From assembly GCF_002087085.1 (NCBI RefSeq), contig NZ_MWQY01000020.1:1-64000 (forward strand): 64,000 bases of DNA. Reading direction: 5' to 3'. Position 1 is the first letter of the stretch, and each line of letters starts with the position of its first letter. This document shows positions 48,523 to 58,162 of this stretch, piece by piece. The notes beneath the pieces were generated by a model. That model was not told where the DNA came from, did not search any database, and saw only the letters and a program-made list of their open reading frames with translations. Position numbers and translations under genes: made by a program.

Positions 48523-49788
48523 ATGGTTCATGTCATAAAATCGTACTCCGAAGATCCTCTTCGTTCTGCGGCACTGGCCATATCTCTGCTGCTTCACGCT
48601 TCCACGGCCCTGCTCTTCCATTACGCATATATCGATTCAGGACAGCAGCATCTGATTCTGCAGGAGTTTGCCTGGCATTTCCGCATTCTGCTGGCCCTAT
48701 CCGCTGCCCTTTCGGTACTGCTGCGATTATTCCGGAAGAATGCTTCCCTGCTTCTCATTTTTAAAATAGGCCTCTTTTTCCTGATTACCTACCCCCTCGG
48801 ACTGGAGGTCGGTCTGTTCCTTGTTCTCCTGCTTACGGTTCTTACGGAGATTTTCGCTTATCTCCCGGTAAAAACAGCAGTTCTATACTGCGTGCTCTGT
48901 CTGGGAACGGCCGGAACCCTGGGCAAACCCGGGTCTGCATTCAACTACCCCCGGGACAGCGCCGAAATCCAGGAGCTGATCACAGTAGGGCTTACAAGCC
49001 TTCTCTGCTCCTTTCTTCTTCTGATATACCGGCAGACAAGGATAAACCTCTCCACGGAGAAACATAAAACCGGGCATCTGAATTCGGTCATTTCCCAGCT
49101 TTCGGACGCCAATCTCGACTTTCAGCGTTATGTACACAGCGTGGAATACTCGGCGGTTCAATCCGAGCGGCGAAGAATAAGCAGTGAGATTCATGACACC
49201 GTCGGTTACTCCCTGACAAATATTCTGATGACCCTGGAGGCCGTCAGCGACCTGATCGACAGGGATAGCCGGAGGGCACATGAGGCCCTCGAACGTTCCA
49301 TACGGGAAGCCCAGAACTGCCTGGAGGAGACCCGCCGTTCAATGCAGGAACTCAGGTCGAAGGAACAGAATGAGGCGGTGGGGCTTCAGGCCCTGGCCCA
49401 CCTGGTCCGTTCCTTCAGCGAAGCCACGGGAATCAGGGTGAAAATGGAGTTCGGCAACGCCCCCAACAGCTTCGGCAGCAGGATTGACCTTGTGCTTTTC
49501 AGGATAATACAGGAAGGCCTTACCAACGCTTTTCGCCACGGCCAGGCGGATACGGTCAGAATCGCATTATGGATCGAAAACAGTGAGCTGCTTGTTTCAA
49601 TACTGGATAACGGCCGGGGAACAAGCCAGATCGTCGAAGGAATAGGCATCAGCGGAATGCGGGAACGGGTGGAAAACATAAAGGGTACAATCAGTTTCAA
49701 AAACTATCCCGACGGTTTCAGTGTAAAGGCTGTACTGCCGCTTACGGAGGATGATAATGGACAGAATACGGGTAGTCCTCGTGGATGA
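48523..49788 (+). CDS. Membrane sensor histidine kinase (HisKA_3, NarX/DesK type)
   Basis: ERRRISSEIHDTVG, QEGLTNAFRHG, DNGRG and GIGISGMRER. Confidence 0.92.
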   Translation: MVHVIKSYSEDPLRSAALAISLLLHASTALLFHYAYIDSGQQHLILQEFAWHFRILLALSAALSVLLRLFRKNASLLLIFKIGLFFLITYPLGLEVGLFLVLLLTVLTEIFAYLPVKTAVLYCVLCLGTAGTLGKPGSAFNYPRDSAEIQELITVGLTSLLCSFLLLIYRQTRINLSTEKHKTGHLNSVISQLSDANLDFQRYVHSVEYSAVQSERRRISSEIHDTVGYSLTNILMTLEAVSDLIDRDSRRAHEALERSIREAQNCLEETRRSMQELRSKEQNEAVGLQALAHLVRSFSEATGIRVKMEFGNAPNSFGSRIDLVLFRIIQEGLTNAFRHGQADTVRIALWIENSELLVSILDNGRGTSQIVEGIGISGMRERVENIKGTISFKNYPDGFSVKAVLPLTEDDNGQNTGSPRG

Positions 49789-50446
49789 CCAGGTTTTATT
49801 TGTAGAAAGCCTGCAGACCGTTCTGGAGCTCAGGTCCGACGACATCGAGGTCGTGGGGACTGCCCATAACGGAGAAGAAGGGCTGGAGGTCATCCGGGCT
49901 GCCAGACCGGACATAGTCCTGATGGACGTACGGATGCCCGGGATGGACGGCGTAGAAGCCACCCGCAGGCTGCACCAGGAACACCCGGAAATCAAGGTTG
50001 TCATGCTGACAACCTTTGATGATGACGTCTACGTTCGCGAGGCCATGCAGTACAGCGCTGTAGGATACATTCTCAAGAATATCCCCGCCACCAACCTGAT
50101 CAATTCGATCCGGGCTGTCATGGACGGAACGATCCAGCTTTCTCCCAGCGTCATGCACAAGATAGTCAGCCCTGAAATCGACCCTGAACCTGCTGTGAAT
50201 GTCGGAAAAAAATCCCGGACTGAACTCCATGCCTCGGATTTCAGCCGCAGGGAGCGGGAGGTCCTCTACTTCCTGTCCAGGGGGCTGGATAACAGAACCA
50301 TAGGAGAAAAACTCTTTATTGCAGAGCAGACCGTGAAGAACCAGATTTCAAGGATATATGGAAAGATCGGCAGCCACGACCGCTTCAAAGCAGCGGAAAT
50401 CGCCCGGGAACTCGATATAGGCAGGTATATCTCCCGGGAGGACTAG
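49757..50446 (+). CDS. NarL/LuxR-family response regulator
   Basis: VDDQ, LMDVRMP, LTTFDD and a LuxR HTH. Confidence 0.93.
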   Translation: MDRIRVVLVDDQVLFVESLQTVLELRSDDIEVVGTAHNGEEGLEVIRAARPDIVLMDVRMPGMDGVEATRRLHQEHPEIKVVMLTTFDDDVYVREAMQYSAVGYILKNIPATNLINSIRAVMDGTIQLSPSVMHKIVSPEIDPEPAVNVGKKSRTELHASDFSRREREVLYFLSRGLDNRTIGEKLFIAEQTVKNQISRIYGKIGSHDRFKAAEIARELDIGRYISRED

Positions 50447-51435
50447 ATCCGTACAAGGGCCTCATTTTCAAGGGACTGAAGAAGCCGGTGAATGCAATTC
50501 TGAGCTTCCCGGGCTTCCCGTATCGGGACCTTCGCGGCCTTCCCTTCCCTCACGGAATCGAGAAAATCCATCAGGGCCATCCTGCGAAGGTCGGTTTCCG
50601 GCGGGAACTCTTCCACGCCCCTCTCCTCACCTGCAGTCCGGCGAAGTGTTCCGGTTTTCAGAGATGAGTACTCAGCCATAAGACGGGAGCAGACAAGACG
50701 GAATCCCGCCTCCCACCTGCCGGGAACGGCACAGTTGGAGGCAGCCAGGGAGACCAGGGCCCCGGATTTCATTACCAGGCAGGCTGTCGAGGTATCCTCG
50801 ATGGTATAACCCGGTACCTCACGATGACAGATGTTGTCCCGGAACCCGACGACCCCGGCGGCCGGACCGAGAAGGTGCAGAACCAGGTCGAAAAGATGGA
50901 TCACCTGTTCAAGAAGCTGTCCGCCGGAGATCTCCTCCCTTCGCCACCAGGAGGAATGAAGGGAATTGCACAGGTAAAAGCCCTGAAGCAGAGAAGCCGT
51001 ACCGGCCTCCCCGGAGCGCAGCAGTTCCTTGATCCTGACAACCAGGGGATGAAAACGGTGCTGAAAATCAACCTGGGTAATCACCCCGGCAGCCTCCGCC
51101 GCCCTGACCATATTCTCCGCTTCATTCTCTTTGAGAGCCAGGGGCTTCTCCAGAAAAAGGTGGATGCCCCGCCCCGCGGCCTCCTCCACTTCTCCCTGAT
51201 GCCCCCCGGGGGGCAGACAGACAAAGAGGGCATCGGGTTGTATCTGACCGAGCATTTTTCGGTGGTCCGTATACAGCGCTACCTTCCTGCCCAGCCGGGA
51301 GGCCAGGGCTTCGGCGCTTTCGATACGGCGGGAACAGAGGGCGACGATGCGAGCCTTGCCGCTGGCTTCGGCATTGAGGGCATGGGTCTGCCCCATGGAA
51401 CCGGTGCCGATGACAGCGCATCGCAGTCTATTCAT
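50443..51435 (-). CDS. Gfo/Idh/MocA family oxidoreductase
   Basis: GTGSMG, LEKPLA and GG.LLEQVIH..D. Start moved to MNRLRC. Confidence 0.92.
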   Translation of the reverse strand: MNRLRCAVIGTGSMGQTHALNAEASGKARIVALCSRRIESAEALASRLGRKVALYTDHRKMLGQIQPDALFVCLPPGGHQGEVEEAAGRGIHLFLEKPLALKENEAENMVRAAEAAGVITQVDFQHRFHPLVVRIKELLRSGEAGTASLLQGFYLCNSLHSSWWRREEISGGQLLEQVIHLFDLVLHLLGPAAGVVGFRDNICHREVPGYTIEDTSTACLVMKSGALVSLAASNCAVPGRWEAGFRLVCSRLMAEYSSLKTGTLRRTAGEERGVEEFPPETDLRRMALMDFLDSVREGKAAKVPIREAREAQNCIHRLLQSLENEALVRI

Positions 51436-52507
51436 CCTGTTCTCCCTCTGTTCCTGATTCCGCTGCAGGGAATACCACCCCAAGCTTTATTGCCCGGGCC
51501 GGATTCTCCATGCACATCCGGTACTCCTCCTTTAGCTCCGCGTAGGGAACAAGCCGGTCGATTATATGATGCCCCGGTATGAGCCCCCGCCCTGTCAGAT
51601 GCAGGCATTCGGCCTCTATGCGTTCGGCCCTCCAGCGGGGATGTTCCCTGTTGGGATCACTGGTGGCCCGGGAAAAGAGGATCTGCGGGCAGTTCATGTG
51701 GGCTTCGGCTCCCAGGTCCAGGCCGCCCCCCCAGGGGGGAGGAAAAGCTCCACAGACGACTCTTCCTCCGAAGGCAACACCGCGGAGGGCCTCCTGGAGG
51801 GCCTGCCGGGAGCCGGACATCTCAATAACCGCATCCGCGCCCATACCACCGGTACAAAGCTTCAACTCCCGTCCCACGTCAGAAGAACCCGGGTCCAGCA
51901 CCCCGGTGGCACCCAGTCGCAGGGCCGCAGCCAGGCGCTCCTTCAAGGGATCGACAGCCACGACCTGCGCCGCTCCGGAGAGCAGAGCCATACGGATACA
52001 GAGAAGCCCGATGGCCCCCATACCGAATACGGCCACCCTGTCCCCCAGGCGGACCTGACTGTCCCGTAGGGCCGCCAGGGCAAAACGGGCCGGGTCAAGA
52101 CACAGAGCGGAGCGCCAGTCAATCTTCGGCAGATGCCAGAGCCGGTCTGCGGGAACAAGCACATGTTCCGCAAAAGAGGAGAAGCCGAAAACACGCTCCC
52201 CTGCTGAAAAGTCCGTCACCCCCGAGCCGATGGCGGCAACCCTTCCTGCCACCATATTGCCGGCTAAAAAGAAGGATTCTCCACCCTCTTCCTTAATGTC
52301 CCCCGGTACTTTTTCATGGATTCGAAGTTCTTCGTTCCAGGTTCCCCTACGGGAAGGATACCCACGGGCCATGGAAAACTCGGTGCCATGTTTAATGGCC
52401 CCGTACTGAACTTTCACCAGAACCTCCCGCGGACCTGGATCCCGGCGGGGAATCTCCTTCCATTCCAGTCTTCCCGTCCCCTCCCCGACCTGCAGCACCC
52501 TGTTCAC
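51428..52507 (-). CDS. ycjQ: YcjQ-like zinc-type dehydrogenase (D-guloside 3-dehydrogenase homologue)
   Basis: GAIKHGTE, GNMVAG, LDPARFA..RD..VR.GD, GMGAIG, LG.EAH.N and FSRA.SDPN..HPRW match E. coli YcjQ as I recall it. Confidence 0.8.
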   Translation of the reverse strand: MNRVLQVGEGTGRLEWKEIPRRDPGPREVLVKVQYGAIKHGTEFSMARGYPSRRGTWNEELRIHEKVPGDIKEEGGESFFLAGNMVAGRVAAIGSGVTDFSAGERVFGFSSFAEHVLVPADRLWHLPKIDWRSALCLDPARFALAALRDSQVRLGDRVAVFGMGAIGLLCIRMALLSGAAQVVAVDPLKERLAAALRLGATGVLDPGSSDVGRELKLCTGGMGADAVIEMSGSRQALQEALRGVAFGGRVVCGAFPPPWGGGLDLGAEAHMNCPQILFSRATSDPNREHPRWRAERIEAECLHLTGRGLIPGHHIIDRLVPYAELKEEYRMCMENPARAIKLGVVFPAAESGTEGEQDE

Positions 52508-53811
52508 GGGATAATCCTGCAGTAGTCGCCGTGGGCCTCGAGCATGTCGTCGCAGAGGGAAACAATCTCGTCGATACTGAGCTCCGCCGCGGTATGGGGG
52601 TCAAGAAAGGCAGCCTGGTAGAGGGCCTCCCGGCTTCCCTTAAGGGCAGCCTCGATGGTCATGAGCTGCACATGCACTGCCGCACTGTTGAGGGCGGCAC
52701 ACTGGGTTGGGAGTTCCCCCGCATACACCCCCTGAACGCCGTTACGGTCAACCAGACAGGGAAGCTCCACCAGGGCTTTTGCCGGCAGGTTGGGAATGAG
52801 ACCCCTGTTCGGCACATTCCCGTGGACCCGCCGGGGAGTTCCGCAAACGACTGAGTCCATTATGCCGGCGGCATACTCGTAGGATAGGCCCCCAGCCTCT
52901 GCGCGGGAATCCAGGTCCTTACCTTTCTCCTGTTCCCACTCCCGGATCTGTTCCCTGCAGCGGCGGGGATATTCGTCCAGGGGGATATGGTATTCCTCGA
53001 TCAGCCCGGGATGCGTGCGCTTTATCCAGTAGGGAGTATACTCCGCATTGTGCTCCGAAGATTCAGTTACATAATAGCCGAAGCGCCTCATCATCTCGAA
53101 GCGCAGCCGGTCTTTATGCTCCCTGAGTCCTTGAGCCCTCCGCTTTATTTCCGGGTAGAGATCCCTGGCCTTGTGCTGTATTTCCAGCAGCCAGGCCATG
53201 TGATTTATCCCGGCAATCTTCCAACGGACTTCCTGCGGGTCGATGTCGATTCCGGTGTACTGCAGAAGCCGGGGGACGCAGATCTGTACGGAGTGGCACA
53301 GCCCGACGGTCCGGATCCCTGAAGCAGCCAGAATACCTCCGGTTACAATGGAGAGAGGATTTACATAATTAAGCAGAAGGGCATCGGGGCACTCCTTTTC
53401 CATCTCCTTAACGATCTCGAACATCACCTGCAGGGTCCGAATTCCCCGGAAGATCCCCCCGATCCCCAGGGTATCCCCGATGGTCTGCCTCAGCCCGTAG
53501 CGGGCGGGAATTTCAAAATCAATCACCGTTGCCGGTTCGTAGCCCCCCACCTGTATCGCATTTATGACAAAGTCCGCACTCCGCAGGGCAGCCCGCCTCT
53601 CATGATCACCGCAGAATCCCCGGACCCGGGCCAATCCGGCATTCAGTTTCTGGTTCATCCTGCCGATGATCGCCAGGGATTCCTCCAGCCGGACTCCGTC
53701 GATATCGTACAGGTGTATCTCGACATCCTGCAGAGCGGGAGTCTGAAAAACATCCCCCAGAATATTACGCACAAAAACCGTACTTCCTGCACCCAGAAAA
53801 GTAATGATCAT
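52504..53811 (-). CDS. melA: GH4 alpha-galactosidase
   Basis: GAGSTVF, IQVGG..DFEIP.RYGLRQTIGDTLGIGG, NYVNP, GLCHSV and TESSEHNAEY. Confidence 0.9.
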   Translation of the reverse strand: MIITFLGAGSTVFVRNILGDVFQTPALQDVEIHLYDIDGVRLEESLAIIGRMNQKLNAGLARVRGFCGDHERRAALRSADFVINAIQVGGYEPATVIDFEIPARYGLRQTIGDTLGIGGIFRGIRTLQVMFEIVKEMEKECPDALLLNYVNPLSIVTGGILAASGIRTVGLCHSVQICVPRLLQYTGIDIDPQEVRWKIAGINHMAWLLEIQHKARDLYPEIKRRAQGLREHKDRLRFEMMRRFGYYVTESSEHNAEYTPYWIKRTHPGLIEEYHIPLDEYPRRCREQIREWEQEKGKDLDSRAEAGGLSYEYAAGIMDSVVCGTPRRVHGNVPNRGLIPNLPAKALVELPCLVDRNGVQGVYAGELPTQCAALNSAAVHVQLMTIEAALKGSREALYQAAFLDPHTAAELSIDEIVSLCDDMLEAHGDYCRIIP

Positions 53812-53897
53812 ATCCTTGTCCTCATACCCGCCATGCTAAAACAGCAGATTCCCGGGGTATATAGCAAAATGTGGAGTCCCATTGTAAAATGTGGAGA

Positions 53898-54749
53898 ATG
53901 AAGTCCGGCGCTGAGTTTTTCAACACCATTGTTCCCTCCGCCGATATAAACCTTCTGTTCACAGGGTACGAACAGTGTCCTCCGGAAAAAGCCTGCGGCG
54001 GCATTCGTGCCCATTTTCTTCTGCATTATGTACTGTCCGGCGGCGGAACGGTACTCACCGGAAAAACGACCTCCCGTATCTCCGCGGGGGATCTGTTCTG
54101 CTATTATCCGGAACAGCCCCTCTGCTACACGGCGGATCCTTTGCGGCCATGGAAGTTCGCCTGGGTGGGATTCACCGGAACACGAGCCGGAGAAATTCTC
54201 AGGTCATCCTCCGGGGGAGCTCCTCTGACCATCCATACCCATCCCTCTCCGTCACGAATGGAGTCTCTCTTTGAATCACTCTTCCGGCAGCAGGAGAAAC
54301 GACACGAGGGTTTTAACCTGGTTTCGGAAGGTATTCTCCTCGAGATTCTGGGAGAACTGTGCCGGGCTCGCCGCAGCTATCCCGAATCTGTTCCGGATCA
54401 CGCCACTCCTGCCGATCCCGGAGCTGCTGACCTTCGGTCCTTTTATGTGGAAAAGATGAAGCAGTTCATCCAATCCAATTATCAGAACGCCATTACCGTA
54501 CAGCATGTGGTGGACTACATCGGGATTGACCGCTCCTACGCCTCCCGGATATTTCATCGCATCGAGAAGCGGACGATACAGCGCTACCTCATCGATCTCC
54601 GGATGACCCAGGCCAGAAGGCTGCTTGCGGAAAAGAGACTGTCCATTGTAAACGTCGCCCGTTCGGTGGGGTATCAGGATTATGCCACCTTCGAACGGCG
54701 TTTCAGGCAGGAGCACGGAAGATCTCCCGGTTCCTTTCCGGATGTGTAA
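53898..54749 (+). CDS. AraC family regulator (MsmR/MelR-like)
   Basis: Cupin G.E.C.P..H.LLHYV.SG.G and Y.AD...PW..WVGF.G, plus a double HTH; divergent from melA. Confidence 0.92.
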   Translation: MKSGAEFFNTIVPSADINLLFTGYEQCPPEKACGGIRAHFLLHYVLSGGGTVLTGKTTSRISAGDLFCYYPEQPLCYTADPLRPWKFAWVGFTGTRAGEILRSSSGGAPLTIHTHPSPSRMESLFESLFRQQEKRHEGFNLVSEGILLEILGELCRARRSYPESVPDHATPADPGAADLRSFYVEKMKQFIQSNYQNAITVQHVVDYIGIDRSYASRIFHRIEKRTIQRYLIDLRMTQARRLLAEKRLSIVNVARSVGYQDYATFERRFRQEHGRSPGSFPDV

Positions 54750-54753
54750 AACA

Positions 54754-54779
54754 GGTACGAAATCGGTACTTTCGTACTA
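54754..54779. promoter_or_regulatory. Candidate NarL-type operator upstream of the ABC binding-protein gene
   Basis: GGTACGAAATCGGTACTTTCGTACTA: GTACGAAA/TTTCGTAC inverted repeat, with GGTAC repeated 11 bp apart. Confidence 0.5.
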
Positions 54780-54848
54780 TTGTTGCCCCGGAATACCGGC
54801 TTTATGCTGATGTATGGAACTCAACTATTTCAAGGAGGTAGTGACGTG

Positions 54849-56231
54849 ATGAAAAAGTTGACAGTTTTTATGATGCTTTTGATCCTGCTCGGCACTTTCA
54901 TGTGGGCCGGCGGCCAGTCCGAACCCGCCGCGGAGGCGGCAGAGGTATCCGGACCGGTTTCCATCGATTTCTGGACCACCCAGACCCAGTCGGACCGGAT
55001 GGCCACCATCCAGGTACTGATTGATACCTTTGAAGCCCTTAACCCGGATATTTCGATCAACCTGGTGGCGGTCGACGAAAATGACATGGCCACCCAGCTG
55101 AACACCTCAGCAGCCGCCAATACCCTTCCGGCCATGATTGAGTGTGCTGCGGAAAACGCCGTAGCCTTCGGCTCAGAGGGACTTCTCAATGCGGAGGCGA
55201 TTACCGAAGTAATCAGGGACATCGGAAAGGAGAGGTTCTATGCCGGCACCCTGCGGCTGAACGAGACTGCCCGGAAAGGGATGTACTATGCTGTTCCCTA
55301 CCACGGCTGGGTGCAGGGAATCTGGTACCGGGCTGACTGGTTCGAAGAAGCGGGACTGAATCCTCCTTCCTCCTGGGATGACATTCTGAAGGCCGCACAG
55401 TATTTCTACAAACCGGCAGAAAACCAGTATGGAATCCTCGTTGGTACCAAGGCGGAGGCCTATGCGGAACAGTGCTTTACCCAGATTGCCATGGCCAACG
55501 GTGCCCAGCTCTTCGACGCCGAAGGAAACCTCATCTTCAATTCACCGAAGATGCGCGAAGCCGTCGAGTATTACGCTGAACTGGCAAAATACAATCCTCC
55601 GGGACCCCAGACCTGGCGTGCACGGGACTATTACCTGCAGGGTAAAATGGCCATGTTCTTCTACTCCACCTATATTATGGACGATCTGGCAATAGAGGCG
55701 GCGGCAAAGGACTCCCTGACAAACGAGAACTTCGAGGATCTGGCGGGCAGGAATTTTGATCCCGAACTCGTCCAGAATACCCGGCTATCCCCGATCATCA
55801 GAAACACCCAGAATGCCGGATACGGAACCATTGTAAGCTTCGGAATCCCCGATCATGGCGACCAGGCAAAAATCGCAGCAGTCCAGAAGTTCATCAAGTA
55901 CCTCTTCACCCCCAATGCCTATATTACCTGGCTGCACATGGCCCCTGGGGGTATGAATCCAGTTCTTAAGGAGATCGCCACCAATGCCCGTTTCCAGAAT
56001 GATCCCAAGGGCCTTTTCCAGCACTACGGAAAAGACAAAATGGCGGAGATCATCCAGGGCCTGGACAGTATCGAAACCTTCAGCATTGTCGAAGGCAAGC
56101 GTATGGCCGCAGCGAGCACAATATACTCCAAGCAGATAATCCCGCAAATGCTCTACAAAATTACCCAGGAGGGGATGGATATCGACGCAGCCATGGAATG
56201 GGCCGAGGCCGAGATGAAAAAACTCATGTAA
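54849..56231 (+). CDS. Sugar ABC transporter substrate-binding protein (YcjN-like)
   Basis: AGGAGG RBS and signal peptide; WVQGIWYR, EQ.FTQ.A..NGA, YSTYI and W..M.PGG. Confidence 0.88.
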   Translation: MKKLTVFMMLLILLGTFMWAGGQSEPAAEAAEVSGPVSIDFWTTQTQSDRMATIQVLIDTFEALNPDISINLVAVDENDMATQLNTSAAANTLPAMIECAAENAVAFGSEGLLNAEAITEVIRDIGKERFYAGTLRLNETARKGMYYAVPYHGWVQGIWYRADWFEEAGLNPPSSWDDILKAAQYFYKPAENQYGILVGTKAEAYAEQCFTQIAMANGAQLFDAEGNLIFNSPKMREAVEYYAELAKYNPPGPQTWRARDYYLQGKMAMFFYSTYIMDDLAIEAAAKDSLTNENFEDLAGRNFDPELVQNTRLSPIIRNTQNAGYGTIVSFGIPDHGDQAKIAAVQKFIKYLFTPNAYITWLHMAPGGMNPVLKEIATNARFQNDPKGLFQHYGKDKMAEIIQGLDSIETFSIVEGKRMAAASTIYSKQIIPQMLYKITQEGMDIDAAMEWAEAEMKKLM

Positions 56232-56255
56232 TACGCTTTGCGCAGGGGAAACAGT

Positions 56256-57149
56256 ATGAACATGCAGCATACGCTACAGGCAAAAGGACTGGATCTCAGA
56301 CAGCGCGAAATCGTGCTGGGATGGTCGCTTGTTCTACCATCGGTTCTGATCATCCTGGCACTTATTCTGTATCCGATTCTCTACAATATTTATCTCAGTT
56401 TTTTCGATGTGGAACCTCTGGCGGCCAATACCTATATCGGGCTGGAAAACCACAAGAATGTCGTTCTCGATCCCGGTTTCTGGAACGCTATTGCCCTGAC
56501 TGTCATCTATGTGCTCTTTACTACCCTGGGAACGACCCTGATGGGACTCTTTGTGGCCCTGGTCATGAACAAGGAGTTCCCCTTCCGGGGACTTGTACGC
56601 AGTCTCATACTGTTTCCCTATGTTGCGCCCGTAATCTCGGTGGTTTTTGCCTGGCAATTCATCTTTGATCCGGTAAACGGCATATTCATGGACCTTGCCT
56701 ACGAAAAGCTGGGGCTTTTCTCCAGCCGCTTCAATCTCATCGGCTCCCCCTCCACCGCCGTGTGGGTGGCGGTTATCTTCAGTATCTGGAAGAATTTCCC
56801 CTTTTCCTACCTGATGATTCTTTCACGGCTGCAGGCCATCGACCAGAACCTGTACGAAGCCGCGGAGATAGACGGGGCTTCCGGCTGGCAGAAGTTCCGC
56901 TACATAACCCTGCCGGAGGTATATTTTGTAATGGGAGCTATCGTCCTTCTCCGGATGATATGGAACTTCAACAAGTTTGAGGAGATCTACCTGCTCACGG
57001 ATAACGTGCGGGTGCTTTCGGTATACACCTACTTCAAAGCCTTCGTGGGAACCATGGAACTCGGACAAGGTGCGTCCCTTGCGGTGATCCAGTTTCTGCT
57101 GCTCATCGGTTTTATCCTCTTCTACGTAAAACGGGTACTCAAATGGTAA
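56256..57149 (+). CDS. Sugar ABC transporter permease (YcjO-like)
   Basis: RSLILFPYVAP.IS.VFAWQ; EAA loop LYEAAEIDGA..WQKFRYITLP. Confidence 0.92.
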   Translation: MNMQHTLQAKGLDLRQREIVLGWSLVLPSVLIILALILYPILYNIYLSFFDVEPLAANTYIGLENHKNVVLDPGFWNAIALTVIYVLFTTLGTTLMGLFVALVMNKEFPFRGLVRSLILFPYVAPVISVVFAWQFIFDPVNGIFMDLAYEKLGLFSSRFNLIGSPSTAVWVAVIFSIWKNFPFSYLMILSRLQAIDQNLYEAAEIDGASGWQKFRYITLPEVYFVMGAIVLLRMIWNFNKFEEIYLLTDNVRVLSVYTYFKAFVGTMELGQGASLAVIQFLLLIGFILFYVKRVLKW

Positions 57150-58105
57150 GACGTAACACTTTTTTGAGACGAAGCGGTTTTGCCCTTCTGGTGCTGGCAA
57201 TAGTCCTTTTCAGCATATTCCCTTTTATTCAGATGCTCTCGATCTCCCTCAAGTATCCCGGGGAATGGGGCAATCCGAGCCTGATCCCGGAAAAGATAAA
57301 TCTGGAAGCCTACATGGAGCTTCTGAACATCGGCCAGAGTACAAAAAACGTTCCCGAATCCGTTCTGAACCTTCTGAATGAGACCCCTGACCTGACGAAG
57401 GAGCAAAGAGACGCGATACTGAGCAAATACAAAAGTACGGGAGACGTATTTCCCTTTCTCCGGTATTTTGGGAACTCCTTCATGCTCTCCTTTTCAGCGG
57501 CCTTTTTTACCGTAATATTCGCCATCTTCGGCGCCTACTCCTTCAGCCGTCTGAGGTTCCCGGGGCGCTCATTTATTCAACGGGGGGTCCTTTTTGTCTA
57601 CATGTTCGGAGGAATACTTCTTTTGATTCCCCTCTACAAGATGTTCGTCAGTATAGGCTGGATCAGCGTCCCCCCGGGAGCCTTCCTGAGCCTGCTGATA
57701 ATCTATGTTGTCCAGACACTGCCGGTCTCCCTCTACATGCTGGGCAACTACTTCCGGACCATACCCTTCTCCATAGAAGAGGCAGCCATGATCGAAGGGG
57801 CTTCACGGTTCGGGACAATCTGGCGAATTATAATTCCCCTTTCCATTGCGGCAATCGTTACTGTCTTCATCTACTGCTTCATGATTGCCTGGAACGAGTA
57901 CCTCTTTGCCTCGGTATTCCTGAAAAACTTCAAGGACCTCTACACCCTGCCCATGGGACTCAAGGCGCTTTTCACCTCCAAGAATGCAATATGGGACCGT
58001 ATCATGGCCGCATCGGTACTGACTGCGACGCCGGTAATTATTCTGTTTATCTCGATTCAGAGAAACCTGGCGGGAGGAATGGCCGCGGGGGGCGTAAAAG
58101 AGTAA
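57143..58105 (+). CDS. Sugar ABC transporter permease (YcjP-like)
   Basis: GAYSFSRLRF.GR, VYMF.GILL..PL, IEEAAMIEG and YCFMIAWNEYLFAS. Confidence 0.92.
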   Translation: MVRRNTFLRRSGFALLVLAIVLFSIFPFIQMLSISLKYPGEWGNPSLIPEKINLEAYMELLNIGQSTKNVPESVLNLLNETPDLTKEQRDAILSKYKSTGDVFPFLRYFGNSFMLSFSAAFFTVIFAIFGAYSFSRLRFPGRSFIQRGVLFVYMFGGILLLIPLYKMFVSIGWISVPPGAFLSLLIIYVVQTLPVSLYMLGNYFRTIPFSIEEAAMIEGASRFGTIWRIIIPLSIAAIVTVFIYCFMIAWNEYLFASVFLKNFKDLYTLPMGLKALFTSKNAIWDRIMAASVLTATPVIILFISIQRNLAGGMAAGGVKE

Positions 58106-58129
58106 GGGCTGCCCGTATACGGACAGCCC
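58106..58129. terminator. Hairpin between convergent genes
   Basis: GGGCTGCCCGT-AT-ACGGACAGCCC. Confidence 0.55.
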
Positions 58130-58162
58130 CCGTGTTGACGATGGGAAACTATCTCTGAGGAA

